Below, in pieces: positions 45,457 to 53,372 of a DNA stretch of 64,000 bases. The notes under the pieces are model-generated. The model was not told the origin of the DNA. It was given only the letters and a program-made list of their open reading frames with translations, and made no database searches. Within the stretch, counting starts at the first letter, position 1. The number at the start of each line of letters is the position of its first letter. Origin of the DNA: Desulfobacterales bacterium (GTDB lineage Bacteria; Desulfobacterota; Desulfobacteria; Desulfobacterales; SG8-13); contig JBAPSB010000016.1 in the NCBI GenBank assembly GCA_049281435.1, forward strand, positions 10,262 to 74,261, read 5' to 3'. The position numbers and the translations under genes are program-made.

Positions 45457-45711
45457 ACGCGTTGAGCTTACCGCGGCGGTCGCCGCGGGCAGTGGCCGTG
45501 ATCGGACAATCGGCGTTTCAGGACCTTGACAAACCCGCCCCGGTTCGTAAGGTTTCAGCATGCGGGGGTACAAGGATCCCTCGGCGGTCGATGGACGCAA
45601 TCAACCGCCGCAGATTGGTGGGGCATCCCGATCCCCTATGTGCCGGCTAAGGAGCGCCCATTTCATGAGCCGACGCGTTCGCTTGCAGCGATGCCCGAAG
45701 CCAGAGCGCTA

Positions 45712-45972
45712 TCAATAGCCCGTGCCCGCCTTTCCGCAACAGCTTCCGGGGCCGGCGCAACCGGCATGCGACGGCGTGGAACCGCAGCAGGGCGTGTCGC
45801 CGCGGCCGGGAAGGCTGCGGGTCTGGGCGCCGGAAAGGGACGAGGAGGCCGAAAGCATTTTTTTCAGACGGGTGCCCGCGCAGCTTTTGCACTGCGGGGT
45901 TTCCGCCTGATTCAATGAAAAAATTTCACTCACCTGGCCGCAGTCGAGGCAAAGGTAGTCAAAAAGCGGCAT
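45712..45972 (-). CDS. FmdB-family zinc-ribbon protein with a Cys/Gly-rich tail
   Basis: MPLFDYLCLDCG ... CKSCAG is the typical FmdB N-terminus. Tail: CCGSTPSHAGCAGPGSCCG. Confidence 0.7.
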   Translation of the reverse strand: MPLFDYLCLDCGQVSEIFSLNQAETPQCKSCAGTRLKKMLSASSSLSGAQTRSLPGRGDTPCCGSTPSHAGCAGPGSCCGKAGTGY

Positions 45973-46087
45973 GATACGCTCCCTTCAGTAATTTATAACA
46001 CCCGCAGATTTAAACACAAAAACACTTCCGTCCATTAAGCCGTGTTGATCGCCCTTCAAGAGAATTCATCAGCAAAAATGTCATCGT

Positions 46088-46468
46088 TCAATGCGCGCAC
46101 CCGCCGTGGGCCCCGTGACCGGCACAGGTCATGTTGAACGAAAATTCCGGCAGCCGGTTGGCTCGAATAAGGCCCAGGTTCTGATCCAGGGTCCCCTCGA
46201 TCGCACGGTAGACCTTTATACTGGATGACAATAATTTCTGTAATGCGCCGCCACCGATGCCTCCGACCACCACGGCGTCGACTTTGATACCGCCCAGGGC
46301 CGCCAGCGGCTGACAGTGACCGTGAAGATGATCACGATCGGCGTTGACGATGGTTTCAAACGATCCCGTAGCATCGTCGACGATCAGAAAGTAGTCGGCT
46401 GAACCGAAATGGGCGAAGACCGGGCTTTCCAGGCCTTGATCGACTTGGGTGGGAAAAGCGATTTTCAT
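46088..46468 (-). CDS. NifB/NifX-type FeMo-cofactor-binding-domain (dinitrogenase iron-molybdenum cofactor family) protein
   Basis: MKIAFPT...HFG...FLIVD...VDAVVVGGIGGGA pattern. C-terminal CAGHGAHGGCAH. AGGAGA RBS. Confidence 0.65.
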   Translation of the reverse strand: MKIAFPTQVDQGLESPVFAHFGSADYFLIVDDATGSFETIVNADRDHLHGHCQPLAALGGIKVDAVVVGGIGGGALQKLLSSSIKVYRAIEGTLDQNLGLIRANRLPEFSFNMTCAGHGAHGGCAH

Positions 46469-46500
46469 TTGGTTTAATCTCCTGTTTGACAAACCTGATC

Positions 46501-46529
46501 ATATTAAGCCGGCCGGATGGCAGTGTCAA
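46501..46529 (-). promoter_or_regulatory. sigma70 promoter TTGACA-N17-TAATAT
   Basis: Consensus -35, good -10 and a 17-nt spacer, about 30 nt upstream of ATG 46468. Confidence 0.55.
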
Positions 46530-46785
46530 GACACGCTACAGAATGTCATATTGCAATTCTGCAATGTGTGCTTAGGATTACAACTAAGTCATTATCAGTG
46601 ATTTTCGAGCTTACTTGGGTAGACCTTTGGTTCTGCGAAGCTTCCTTCCTCAAGCAAGCTGTATTTGCCCCGTTACATTAAAATAGGTGTAGGTGCGTCC
46701 GCTTCGGGACCGATATCGACACGTCGAGCCGGCCACTTTTCCCATTTTCATGTTACCTTTTTATAGGCAAGTATGGTGATCTAAA

Positions 46786-47106
46786 ATGCTTAAACGAACC
46801 TGCCGGGTTTGCGGAAAAGAGTTTCACGTCCCCCCCAAACAGGCGACGCGTGCGTATTGCGAACGGACGGCCTGCCAGGAGGAAAGACGCCGCAAGCAGC
46901 TGGCTCAGGAAAGGCGAAAATACCGTCTAATTCAAAATGGAGCGAAAAAAATCAAGGCCAGGCAAAAGCCTGACGAGGGACGAAAGTGCCGGCGGTGCGG
47001 GGAAAACTGCTTTCCGAACTATTTTTATTGCCCGGAGTGCCATCACTACGTGTCCTGCAATGACTGGCGGTCGGAAAGCGATGAAGAAAACTGTGCCTGC
47101 AGTTGA
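46786..47106 (+). CDS. Cys-rich small protein, 106 aa (two zinc-ribbon-like CxxC pairs)
   Basis: CRVCG...C...C and CRRCG...CPEC...C...CAC. No family recognised. Confidence 0.5.
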   Translation: MLKRTCRVCGKEFHVPPKQATRAYCERTACQEERRRKQLAQERRKYRLIQNGAKKIKARQKPDEGRKCRRCGENCFPNYFYCPECHHYVSCNDWRSESDEENCACS

Positions 47107-47140
47107 CGGACTTATATAGCCGGGCTTCACTCCCTTGCCG

Positions 47141-48496
47141 TTATGACCTGAAATTGAAATCGATTATCGCCCGGGCCATTTCGGTGGCGCGGGTGCCGAG
47201 CTTTTCGCCGTGGACCGCCAGAACGCCGACACAGATGCCGTCGTTTCCATTCGGCGCCAGCGCAAAGGCCGTAGCCCAGTCATACTTGAATTGGTCGGTG
47301 ACATCGTTGATGGTGCCGGTTTTGATGCCGAGGTCAAAATCCTTGAACACTTTGCCGCGGCGCAACTTGTGAAAGGTTCTGCGCCCGGTGCCGTAAGCGA
47401 CGGCATCCTCCATCATCAGTTTTAAATCGGCGGCTGTTTGCTGACTGACCGGGGCTTCGAGCACTAGGCGTTTGGCCTGGTAGTGAACGTTGTGCGCGGC
47501 ATCGGTGACGGACTCGATCAACCAGGGCGCCGCCATCCGGCCCTGGTTGACGACCGTGCAGGCCAGCAAGGCGGCATGCAGCGGAGAAACGCGGGTACGC
47601 TTGTTGAAGCCGGAGGCGATTTCGGCCAGCCCGTATTCATCCTGGGGCACGTCGGCCGCGCTGACTTCCACCGGCAGATCGAACGGTATGGGCCGGTTGA
47701 AGTAGAACTTTTGCGCATATTCGGCCATGATCTGCGGACCGAGGGTGTAAATGCCGAGTTTGCCGAAGATCGAATTGTTGGATACCGCAAAAGCCTTGCG
47801 GAGCTGGGTTTCGGTAGTGTAGCGCCCCCGCTGCTGTTTCAACTGATTTTTATAGAGGGTGTGGCGGTTGCCGTCAAAGTAGAGCGTTTTTTCGGGTGTG
47901 TAGCCGGCCGCCTCCAGAGCGGCCGCGGCCGACACGATTTTAAAAAGGCTTGCGGCCGGGTATTCGGCCTTGAGGCATATACCGGGGTCGGCACCGTTCT
48001 TGTCATGACCGGCTATGACCAGGACGCGTCCGTCACGGGGGTCCAGCACCACCACGGCCGCCTGCAGCGTTTTGGAACGTTCGAGCAACTTGTCGACGTA
48101 AGACTGCAGTTTGGGATTCACGGTGGTTTTCAGCGTATAATGGACGCCTTTGTTTTCAAAGACCATCTCATCGGACAGCTGAAGGCTGCCGCCTGAAAAA
48201 GGATCGAACAGGGTGGCGAGCATCGGGCGCGAAAAACCGTTCGGGGCGGCTTCCGCTATCGGGGTCGGAGGTGGGGCCGGCTGCTTTTTTGGGGGTGGCG
48301 GCGCTGCAACGGGGCGGTCTAACCGGCTGCTCATCCAGGCTCCGGAAAAAACAAGGGCCAGCACGCAGCCGATCACCCCGCCGATGAGAACAAGTTTTTT
48401 CTTCCAGAGCCTGGTGCGCGTCTCGCGCTGGAGGCTTGTCTGATAGGTTCGCCAACCGGCGCCTCTGAACTCATTTTGCCGCATAGTCGATGTCAC
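47141..48496 (-). CDS. penicillin-binding transpeptidase-domain protein (membrane anchored)
   Basis: N-terminal TM helix. SLFK (SxxK), SNN (SxN), KTGT. Confidence 0.75.
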   Translation of the reverse strand: MTSTMRQNEFRGAGWRTYQTSLQRETRTRLWKKKLVLIGGVIGCVLALVFSGAWMSSRLDRPVAAPPPPKKQPAPPPTPIAEAAPNGFSRPMLATLFDPFSGGSLQLSDEMVFENKGVHYTLKTTVNPKLQSYVDKLLERSKTLQAAVVVLDPRDGRVLVIAGHDKNGADPGICLKAEYPAASLFKIVSAAAALEAAGYTPEKTLYFDGNRHTLYKNQLKQQRGRYTTETQLRKAFAVSNNSIFGKLGIYTLGPQIMAEYAQKFYFNRPIPFDLPVEVSAADVPQDEYGLAEIASGFNKRTRVSPLHAALLACTVVNQGRMAAPWLIESVTDAAHNVHYQAKRLVLEAPVSQQTAADLKLMMEDAVAYGTGRRTFHKLRRGKVFKDFDLGIKTGTINDVTDQFKYDWATAFALAPNGNDGICVGVLAVHGEKLGTRATEMARAIIDFNFRS

Positions 48497-48601
48497 TCTC
48501 GGGGTTACATTCGGATCGGAATGCAGGTAAGTTTATTATTTACCATTCTTTGCGCTGTTTTTCAAGGTGGCGCCACGCCCCGGCACCATTAAAACCATAT
48601 T

Positions 48602-48630
48602 TTGAAAACAGCAGCGGCTTGTGCTATAAA
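48602..48630 (+). promoter_or_regulatory. candidate sigma70 promoter TTGAAA-N17-TATAAA
   Basis: Pattern match about 80 nt upstream of the Pal-like gene. Confidence 0.4.
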
Positions 48631-48710
48631 TTCCTGTTAACGGCCGGAACCACGGTCAGTCCGGCCCGGTCCTTTTTTTTCCAACAAAAAACGAGATGGA
48701 GGTTGCGGCC

Positions 48711-49268
48711 ATGCGAAAAGTTACCATTGTCTTGCTTGTCACAAGTGTCACATTGATGTTCCTGTTCGCCTGTTCCAAACCGATTGTCAGATCGGGACCG
48801 TCGAGTTCCTCCGGATCCGATGCCCCGTCGATCGGGGCGGGACAGCCGGGCGCGATTACCGAAGAAAGCCTCGGCGCGGCCGGGGCGGCCGGATCGTCCC
48901 TTTCGCCCGGGCAGGCCGCCGAGACCCGCAAGGCGTTCGAAAACCAAGACATCCATTTCGACTATGACAGCGCCCTGCTCACACCGCAGGCCCAGGAAAT
49001 ACTGCGCGAAAAAGCCCGCTTCATGCAGGAAAACTCCGCGACCAAGGTCATCATCGAAGGCCACTGTGACGAACGCGGCACTAACGAGTACAACCTGGCA
49101 CTCGGCGAACAACGGGCGAAGATGACCGCCGAGTTTCTGGCCGCCCTGGGCGTTTCCGCCACGCGGATCAAAACGGTCAGCTACGGCGAAGAACGCCCGC
49201 TGGTCCGGTCAAACAGCGAGGATGCCTGGGCCGCAAACCGGCGCGCCCACTTCGTCGTTACAAACTGA
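48711..49268 (+). CDS. pal: OmpA-domain peptidoglycan-associated lipoprotein (Pal-like)
   Basis: Lipobox LFAC. OmpA_C motifs: FDYDSALL, GHCDERGTNEYNLALGEQRA, NRRAHF. Confidence 0.8.
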   Translation: MRKVTIVLLVTSVTLMFLFACSKPIVRSGPSSSSGSDAPSIGAGQPGAITEESLGAAGAAGSSLSPGQAAETRKAFENQDIHFDYDSALLTPQAQEILREKARFMQENSATKVIIEGHCDERGTNEYNLALGEQRAKMTAEFLAALGVSATRIKTVSYGEERPLVRSNSEDAWAANRRAHFVVTN

Positions 49269-49285
49269 CAAATGGGCGGGGCCTG

Positions 49286-51229
49286 TTATCCAACCGGCAC
49301 AACCGATCCGCGAAGTGCCGTCAAACCTTCACCCGGCAAGGTTTCGGGCACCTCGCCGTAGGTGCCCAGGATTTTCAGGAAATCCGTCTTTTGCTCCAGT
49401 TGCTCTCGCACGGGTTTCAAGGCATCGGCACCGAGGTCCGCCTCGATATCCATGTAAAACATGTAACGCCACGGTTCTCCCTGCAGGGGCCGGGACTCGA
49501 GCTTGATCAGGTTGATGCGGTTTTCAGCAAAAATCTTCAAGGTCTCGTAGAGGGCACCGGGCTCGTTGCTGGTCGAGCAGATGAGCGAGGTCCTGTCGGC
49601 AAAACCCTTGCAGAGTGGGCTCTTGGCGATGATGACAAAACGGGTGTAATTGCGCGGGTTGGCTTCGATGTTCTCCGCCAGCACCTGCAAATTGTATTCC
49701 TGAGCGGCCACCAGGCCGGCGATGGCGGCATCGGCGGTCGTTTCACCGGCAGCCACGCGCTGGGCGGCCGCGGCGGTATCGCTGACCGCCACCAGTTCCC
49801 AGTCGTGCTGTTCGAGAAACTGGCGGCATTGACCGAACACCTGCGGATGCGACAGGACGCGTCGGATGCCGTCGATGGCCGCACCGGGCAGCGCCATCAG
49901 ATGATGCATGATGCGCAATTTGATCTCACCAATGATTTTCAAATCGTAATCCTTCAAGAAATCGTAGTTTTCATGAATACTGCCGCTGAGTGAATTCTCC
50001 AGCGGTATGACGCCGAAGTCGGCGGCATCGGTTCTGACGGCCTCGAAGACGCCTTTGAAAGAAGGCACCGGCAGCGCCTCGACCTCGCCGCCGAAATACT
50101 GCCGGCAGGCCTTGTGGCTGAAAGTACCGACACGCCCCATGAAAGCCGCCCGCTGCCGGCCGCCATGGGTATGGCGGCTGCGCATCTCGACGGCCCGGGC
50201 CTTTTCAATATAGCCGAAGTCGAGCTGCTTGCCGACGACCGGAGCGATGACGTAAAGATCTCGCATCAGCTGGCCGAACTGCAGGGGGTACAAACTCTGC
50301 GGACCATCCGAAAGCGCCTTATCGGGTTCGTGATGAACCTCGATCATCAGCCCGTCGGCGCCGGCGGCAATGGCGGCCCGGGCCATGGGGCTTACTTTTT
50401 CCCGGCTGCCGGTGGCGTGACTCGGATCGATGATGATCGGCAGGTGGGTTATTTTTCTCAGGACCGGAATGGCCGTCAGGTCCAGGGTGTTGCGCGTGTA
50501 GGGTTCGAAAGTGCGGATGCCGCGCTCGCACAGCATGACGTGTGGATTGCCTTCGGAGAGGATGTACTCCGCCGACATGAGCCATTCTTCGATCGTGCCG
50601 GACAGGCCACGCTTCAGAAGAACCGGCAGGCCCATGCGGCCGACCACCTTGAGCAGTTCGAAGTTCTGCATGTTGCGGGCGCCGATCTGAACCACGTCCA
50701 CGTATTTCAGCATGAGATCGGCCTGGGACGGGGCGGTCATCTCGGTGACGACGCCCAGGCCGCAGGTGTCGCGGACTTCGGCCAGGATCTTCAAGCCCTC
50801 TTCTTCCAACCCCTGAAAAGAATAGGGCGAGGTCCGCGGTTTGAAGGCCCCGCCGCGGAACAAGACCGCTCCGGCCTTTTTGACCCAGCGGGCGATGATC
50901 AGCGCCTGCTCGCGACTTTCGATGGCGCACGGGCCGGCAATGACCGTTAAACGATCCCCACCGATCAGCGCATCCCCCACGCGAACCAGCGTATCCTGCG
51001 GGTGCATTTGACGGCCGGCGAGCTTGTAGGGCGTGCCGACGGCGACCGTCCGGGCCACTCCGGGCAGTTTCCTGTAAAAATCCTCGGGGTGTCGTTTCGG
51101 GTTCATGACGCCGATGCGTTGAACATCGGTGTCCGGCAACTCCCGTAAATCGCAGCGCCGTTCCTGCAGAATCGCCATCAGCGCGGTTTTTTCAGTGTTT
51201 GTCATGTTGGGCGTCAGTTCGAGTATCAT
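49286..51229 (-). CDS. bifunctional type I-beta DAHP synthase (with N-terminal regulatory domain) / prephenate dehydratase + ACT
   Basis: N-terminal half: [31 protein letters not shown]-terminal half: [18 protein letters not shown], then ACT with ESRP. Confidence 0.85.
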   Translation of the reverse strand: MILELTPNMTNTEKTALMAILQERRCDLRELPDTDVQRIGVMNPKRHPEDFYRKLPGVARTVAVGTPYKLAGRQMHPQDTLVRVGDALIGGDRLTVIAGPCAIESREQALIIARWVKKAGAVLFRGGAFKPRTSPYSFQGLEEEGLKILAEVRDTCGLGVVTEMTAPSQADLMLKYVDVVQIGARNMQNFELLKVVGRMGLPVLLKRGLSGTIEEWLMSAEYILSEGNPHVMLCERGIRTFEPYTRNTLDLTAIPVLRKITHLPIIIDPSHATGSREKVSPMARAAIAAGADGLMIEVHHEPDKALSDGPQSLYPLQFGQLMRDLYVIAPVVGKQLDFGYIEKARAVEMRSRHTHGGRQRAAFMGRVGTFSHKACRQYFGGEVEALPVPSFKGVFEAVRTDAADFGVIPLENSLSGSIHENYDFLKDYDLKIIGEIKLRIMHHLMALPGAAIDGIRRVLSHPQVFGQCRQFLEQHDWELVAVSDTAAAAQRVAAGETTADAAIAGLVAAQEYNLQVLAENIEANPRNYTRFVIIAKSPLCKGFADRTSLICSTSNEPGALYETLKIFAENRINLIKLESRPLQGEPWRYMFYMDIEADLGADALKPVREQLEQKTDFLKILGTYGEVPETLPGEGLTALRGSVVPVG

Positions 51230-51304
51230 CGCTCTTTTTCCTTTCACGGGTTAGTGGGTATTCAGTCATAACTGCTTTTTTTCCGCTGGACTGCCGGAGC
51301 ACAT

Positions 51305-51336
51305 AAAAAAAGCCCCGGAAAAAAATTCCGGGGCTT
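51305..51336 (-). terminator. rho-independent terminator hairpin 2 (GCCCCGGAA-T7-TTCCGGGGC + T7)
   Basis: Perfect 9-bp GC-rich stem followed by TTTTTTT on the minus strand. Confidence 0.7.
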
Positions 51337-51337
51337 T

Positions 51338-51380
51338 AAAAAAAAATCCCCGGACAGACCGGTTCACGATCCATCCGGGG
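51338..51380 (-). terminator. terminator-like hairpin 1 (CCCCGGA-N19-TCCGGGG + A T9)
   Basis: 7-bp stem followed by a T9 run on the minus strand. Its 3' arm is also complementary to the 5' arm of hairpin 2. Confidence 0.5.
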
Positions 51381-51582
51381 CGTTTCAGCTGTTTACGTCA
51401 TTTAAGCCGGATGGACGCTTCTAAAGCAAAAAAAGAAGCGCCCGAAACCGTTAAAGTTCACCTTGAGTAATGTAGTGTCCACGATGGTCTATCCCCTGTT
51501 TTAAAGCCCGATGATCGGTCAATCGTCAGCACCTGTCAAGCATTATCTCAGGCTGGCCCGCCGGTTCTGTCCTTCTTTTTCT

Positions 51583-52251
51583 TCATCGAGACACGGTCTC
51601 GGCCACCTGCTGAAATGCCTCCAGGCCGATGCGGTCGATCATCTTTCCCAGGCGCTCCCCTTTGTTTGCGTTCTCCTGATAGTACCCGACCACCGCTTCT
51701 ATGGCCGCCAGCGCGCGGTCGTCATCCAGGCCATTGGCACACTCCTGGGCGATCCGCGGCGCCGCGCCCACGTTGCCCCCGATCACCAGCGACCAGCCGT
51801 CTTTTTTCCCGATGAGGCCGACGTCGCGCACCCAGGACTCGGCGCAGCTCAAATGGCAGCCGGATACGGCCATCTTGAATTTTCCCGGCAACTGCTTGCC
51901 GTGATAGACCTCGTCCAGTTTCAACCCCAATTTAATGGCATCCTGCTGGCCCAGCTTGCAGTAGGTATTGCCGGGGCAGGTTCTGACGCTGCGAACGCAC
52001 AATCCCACGGCGGCGCCCTTTCCCAGGCGCAGCATCTCCCAGGCCCCGTCGATATCCTCTTCTTTGAGGCCCACGATCGCGATGCGGGTCGCACCGGTGA
52101 TCTTGATCGCCTGCGCATCAAACTTTTCGGCCACGTCCGCGATTCGCCGCAACAGTTCCGGTGTGACCAGCCCGCAGGGAATGTGCGGCGCAATGGCGTA
52201 GGTTTCATTGTCGCGCTGGGGAATGGCACCCTTTTCTCCCAATTTCAACAT
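51583..52251 (-). CDS. small nitrite/sulfite reductase-like hemoprotein (low-molecular-weight assimilatory-type sulfite reductase family)
   Basis: 222 aa. NIR_SIR ferredoxin-like half domain plus siroheme/4Fe-4S Cys motifs (RTCPGNTYC, SGCHLSC). AAGGAGG RBS before ATG 52251. Confidence 0.6.
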   Translation of the reverse strand: MLKLGEKGAIPQRDNETYAIAPHIPCGLVTPELLRRIADVAEKFDAQAIKITGATRIAIVGLKEEDIDGAWEMLRLGKGAAVGLCVRSVRTCPGNTYCKLGQQDAIKLGLKLDEVYHGKQLPGKFKMAVSGCHLSCAESWVRDVGLIGKKDGWSLVIGGNVGAAPRIAQECANGLDDDRALAAIEAVVGYYQENANKGERLGKMIDRIGLEAFQQVAETVSR

Positions 52252-52333
52252 TACCGTCCTCCTTGTCGCCGCTCGCCCCCCGATCGTCCGTCGCCGGCGT
52301 GAGTGAGTCGACCTGTTCAGCAGGTTATAAATA

Positions 52334-52366
52334 GCCCATCCGCGATCTTTTTTAGGCACTTTTCAG
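52334..52366 (-). repeat. leader motif shared with 61334-61361 (AAGTGCCTAAAAAAGATCGCGGATGGGC)
   Basis: 28/28 identical to the tail of repeat copy B in reverse complement. The GATCGCGGATGGGC core also occurs at 38297-38310. Confidence 0.8.
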
Positions 52367-52397
52367 GACCACCCGGAGTGTTCCTGATTGCGGCGGC

Positions 52398-52427
52398 ACT
52401 ATAGGAAAAAGGGACCGGGTTTGTCAA
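52398..52427 (-). promoter_or_regulatory. sigma70 promoter TTGACA-N18-TATAGT
   Basis: Consensus -35. The -10 context TTTTTCCTATAGTGCC resembles TTTTTGCCTATAGTGGCC at 61152-61169. Confidence 0.55.
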
Positions 52428-52737
52428 GAAAGGCGCGCGGGTTGAATGGCGGCAGGCAACTGACGCGTTCAGCGCTTCGATTCGGACCGATTATCTCCTG
52501 CGGTCGGTGTCCGACACCGGCGCCGGCCGCAGAAAAGGGAATTTCGAATTCCGATACCCCCTAATTAAGTCCCGGGAGTTCTCATCCCGGGTCTGTTGCT
52601 TTTATCCTGCCAAGTCAACCGGTTATTGCGGTCGCACTCGCCGGGCGATCCCTTTGGGGGAGGAAAATTAGAAGGGCGCGTTCGGCGCACCGGGTTCCAA
52701 AATTATTATATCTATTATTATCTGATAGTTAACCTGT

Positions 52738-52753
52738 TGGCACCGCTCTTGCT
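52738..52753 (+). promoter_or_regulatory. sigma54 promoter TGGCAC-CGCTC-TTGCT
   Basis: Perfect consensus, preceded by a 40-nt AT-rich tract. 152 nt upstream of ATG 52905. Confidence 0.7.
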
Positions 52754-52904
52754 TTGACTAGGCCGTCACAGGAATTTCGGAAGAAAGCGGTGAGGCCTGA
52801 TGGCGGGGTCGCCGGTTGCGCTTGCGGCCGGAGGAAATCTTCTCAAACAGGTTCATCGTGACTTCCGAAGAAATCAAACCCAACGAACAGGTCAGGAGGC
52901 GAGG

Positions 52905-53291
52905 ATGAAACTTTTCAAGGCAGCGGTTTGCACGATGATGGTGGCGCTATTTCTGTTTGCCGGCATGGCATTCCAGGCAAACCAGGCAATGGCCAGTGAC
53001 AAGGAAGCAAAACAGGTCGAAATTTTCGGCACGGTTCAGAATTCCCCCAATGGTTTTATCGTTATGTCCGAAGGCAAGCAATATCGCCTGGAAGGGCAGG
53101 ACCTTTCCAGCATGAAAGGCAAAATGGTGACCATCAAGGGAACCGTCAGCGAGGAGGGCGGGAAAAAAGTCCTGCATGTCACCTCGGCCGCCAAGAAGGA
53201 ATCAGTTGGAAAGGGAATTTTTTTAACGCTGCGTAAAATGAAAGACGGAAGAAGGCCGGCCCGCCAGTCGGCCTTCTTCCGTTTTACGTGA
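52905..53291 (+). CDS. small secreted protein, 128 aa
   Basis: AGGAGG RBS. Signal peptide MKLFKAAVCTMMVALFLFAGMAFQANQAMA. No family recognised. Confidence 0.6.
   Translation: MKLFKAAVCTMMVALFLFAGMAFQANQAMASDKEAKQVEIFGTVQNSPNGFIVMSEGKQYRLEGQDLSSMKGKMVTIKGTVSEEGGKKVLHVTSAAKKESVGKGIFLTLRKMKDGRRPARQSAFFRFT
53247..53286 (+). terminator. rho-independent terminator (GGAAGAAGGCCG-N10-CGGCCTTCTTCC + GTTTT)
   Basis: Perfect 12-bp stem. It lies inside the last 15 codons of the ORF. Confidence 0.7.
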
Positions 53292-53372
53292 TCGACCGCC
53301 GCCGCCCGATGCCCCGCACAGGTGGTGAAGATTCGCCCTTGCGTCCCCTCTACCCCCGCCTGTCATTTTTTG

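Noticed and set aside
48642-48680. Terminator-like hairpin GGCCGGA-N11-TCCGGCC plus a T8 run in the Pal-like gene leader.
   Set aside because: The stem is separated from the T-run by 6 nt, and no upstream plus-strand gene needs terminating. It could be an attenuator, but the evidence is too thin.
52597-52612. Weak minus-strand sigma54 candidate TGGCAG-GATAA-AAGCA upstream of the sulfite reductase gene.
   Set aside because: The -12 flank is poor, and it lies ~350 nt from the start. A much better sigma70 promoter (52398-52427) sits closer.
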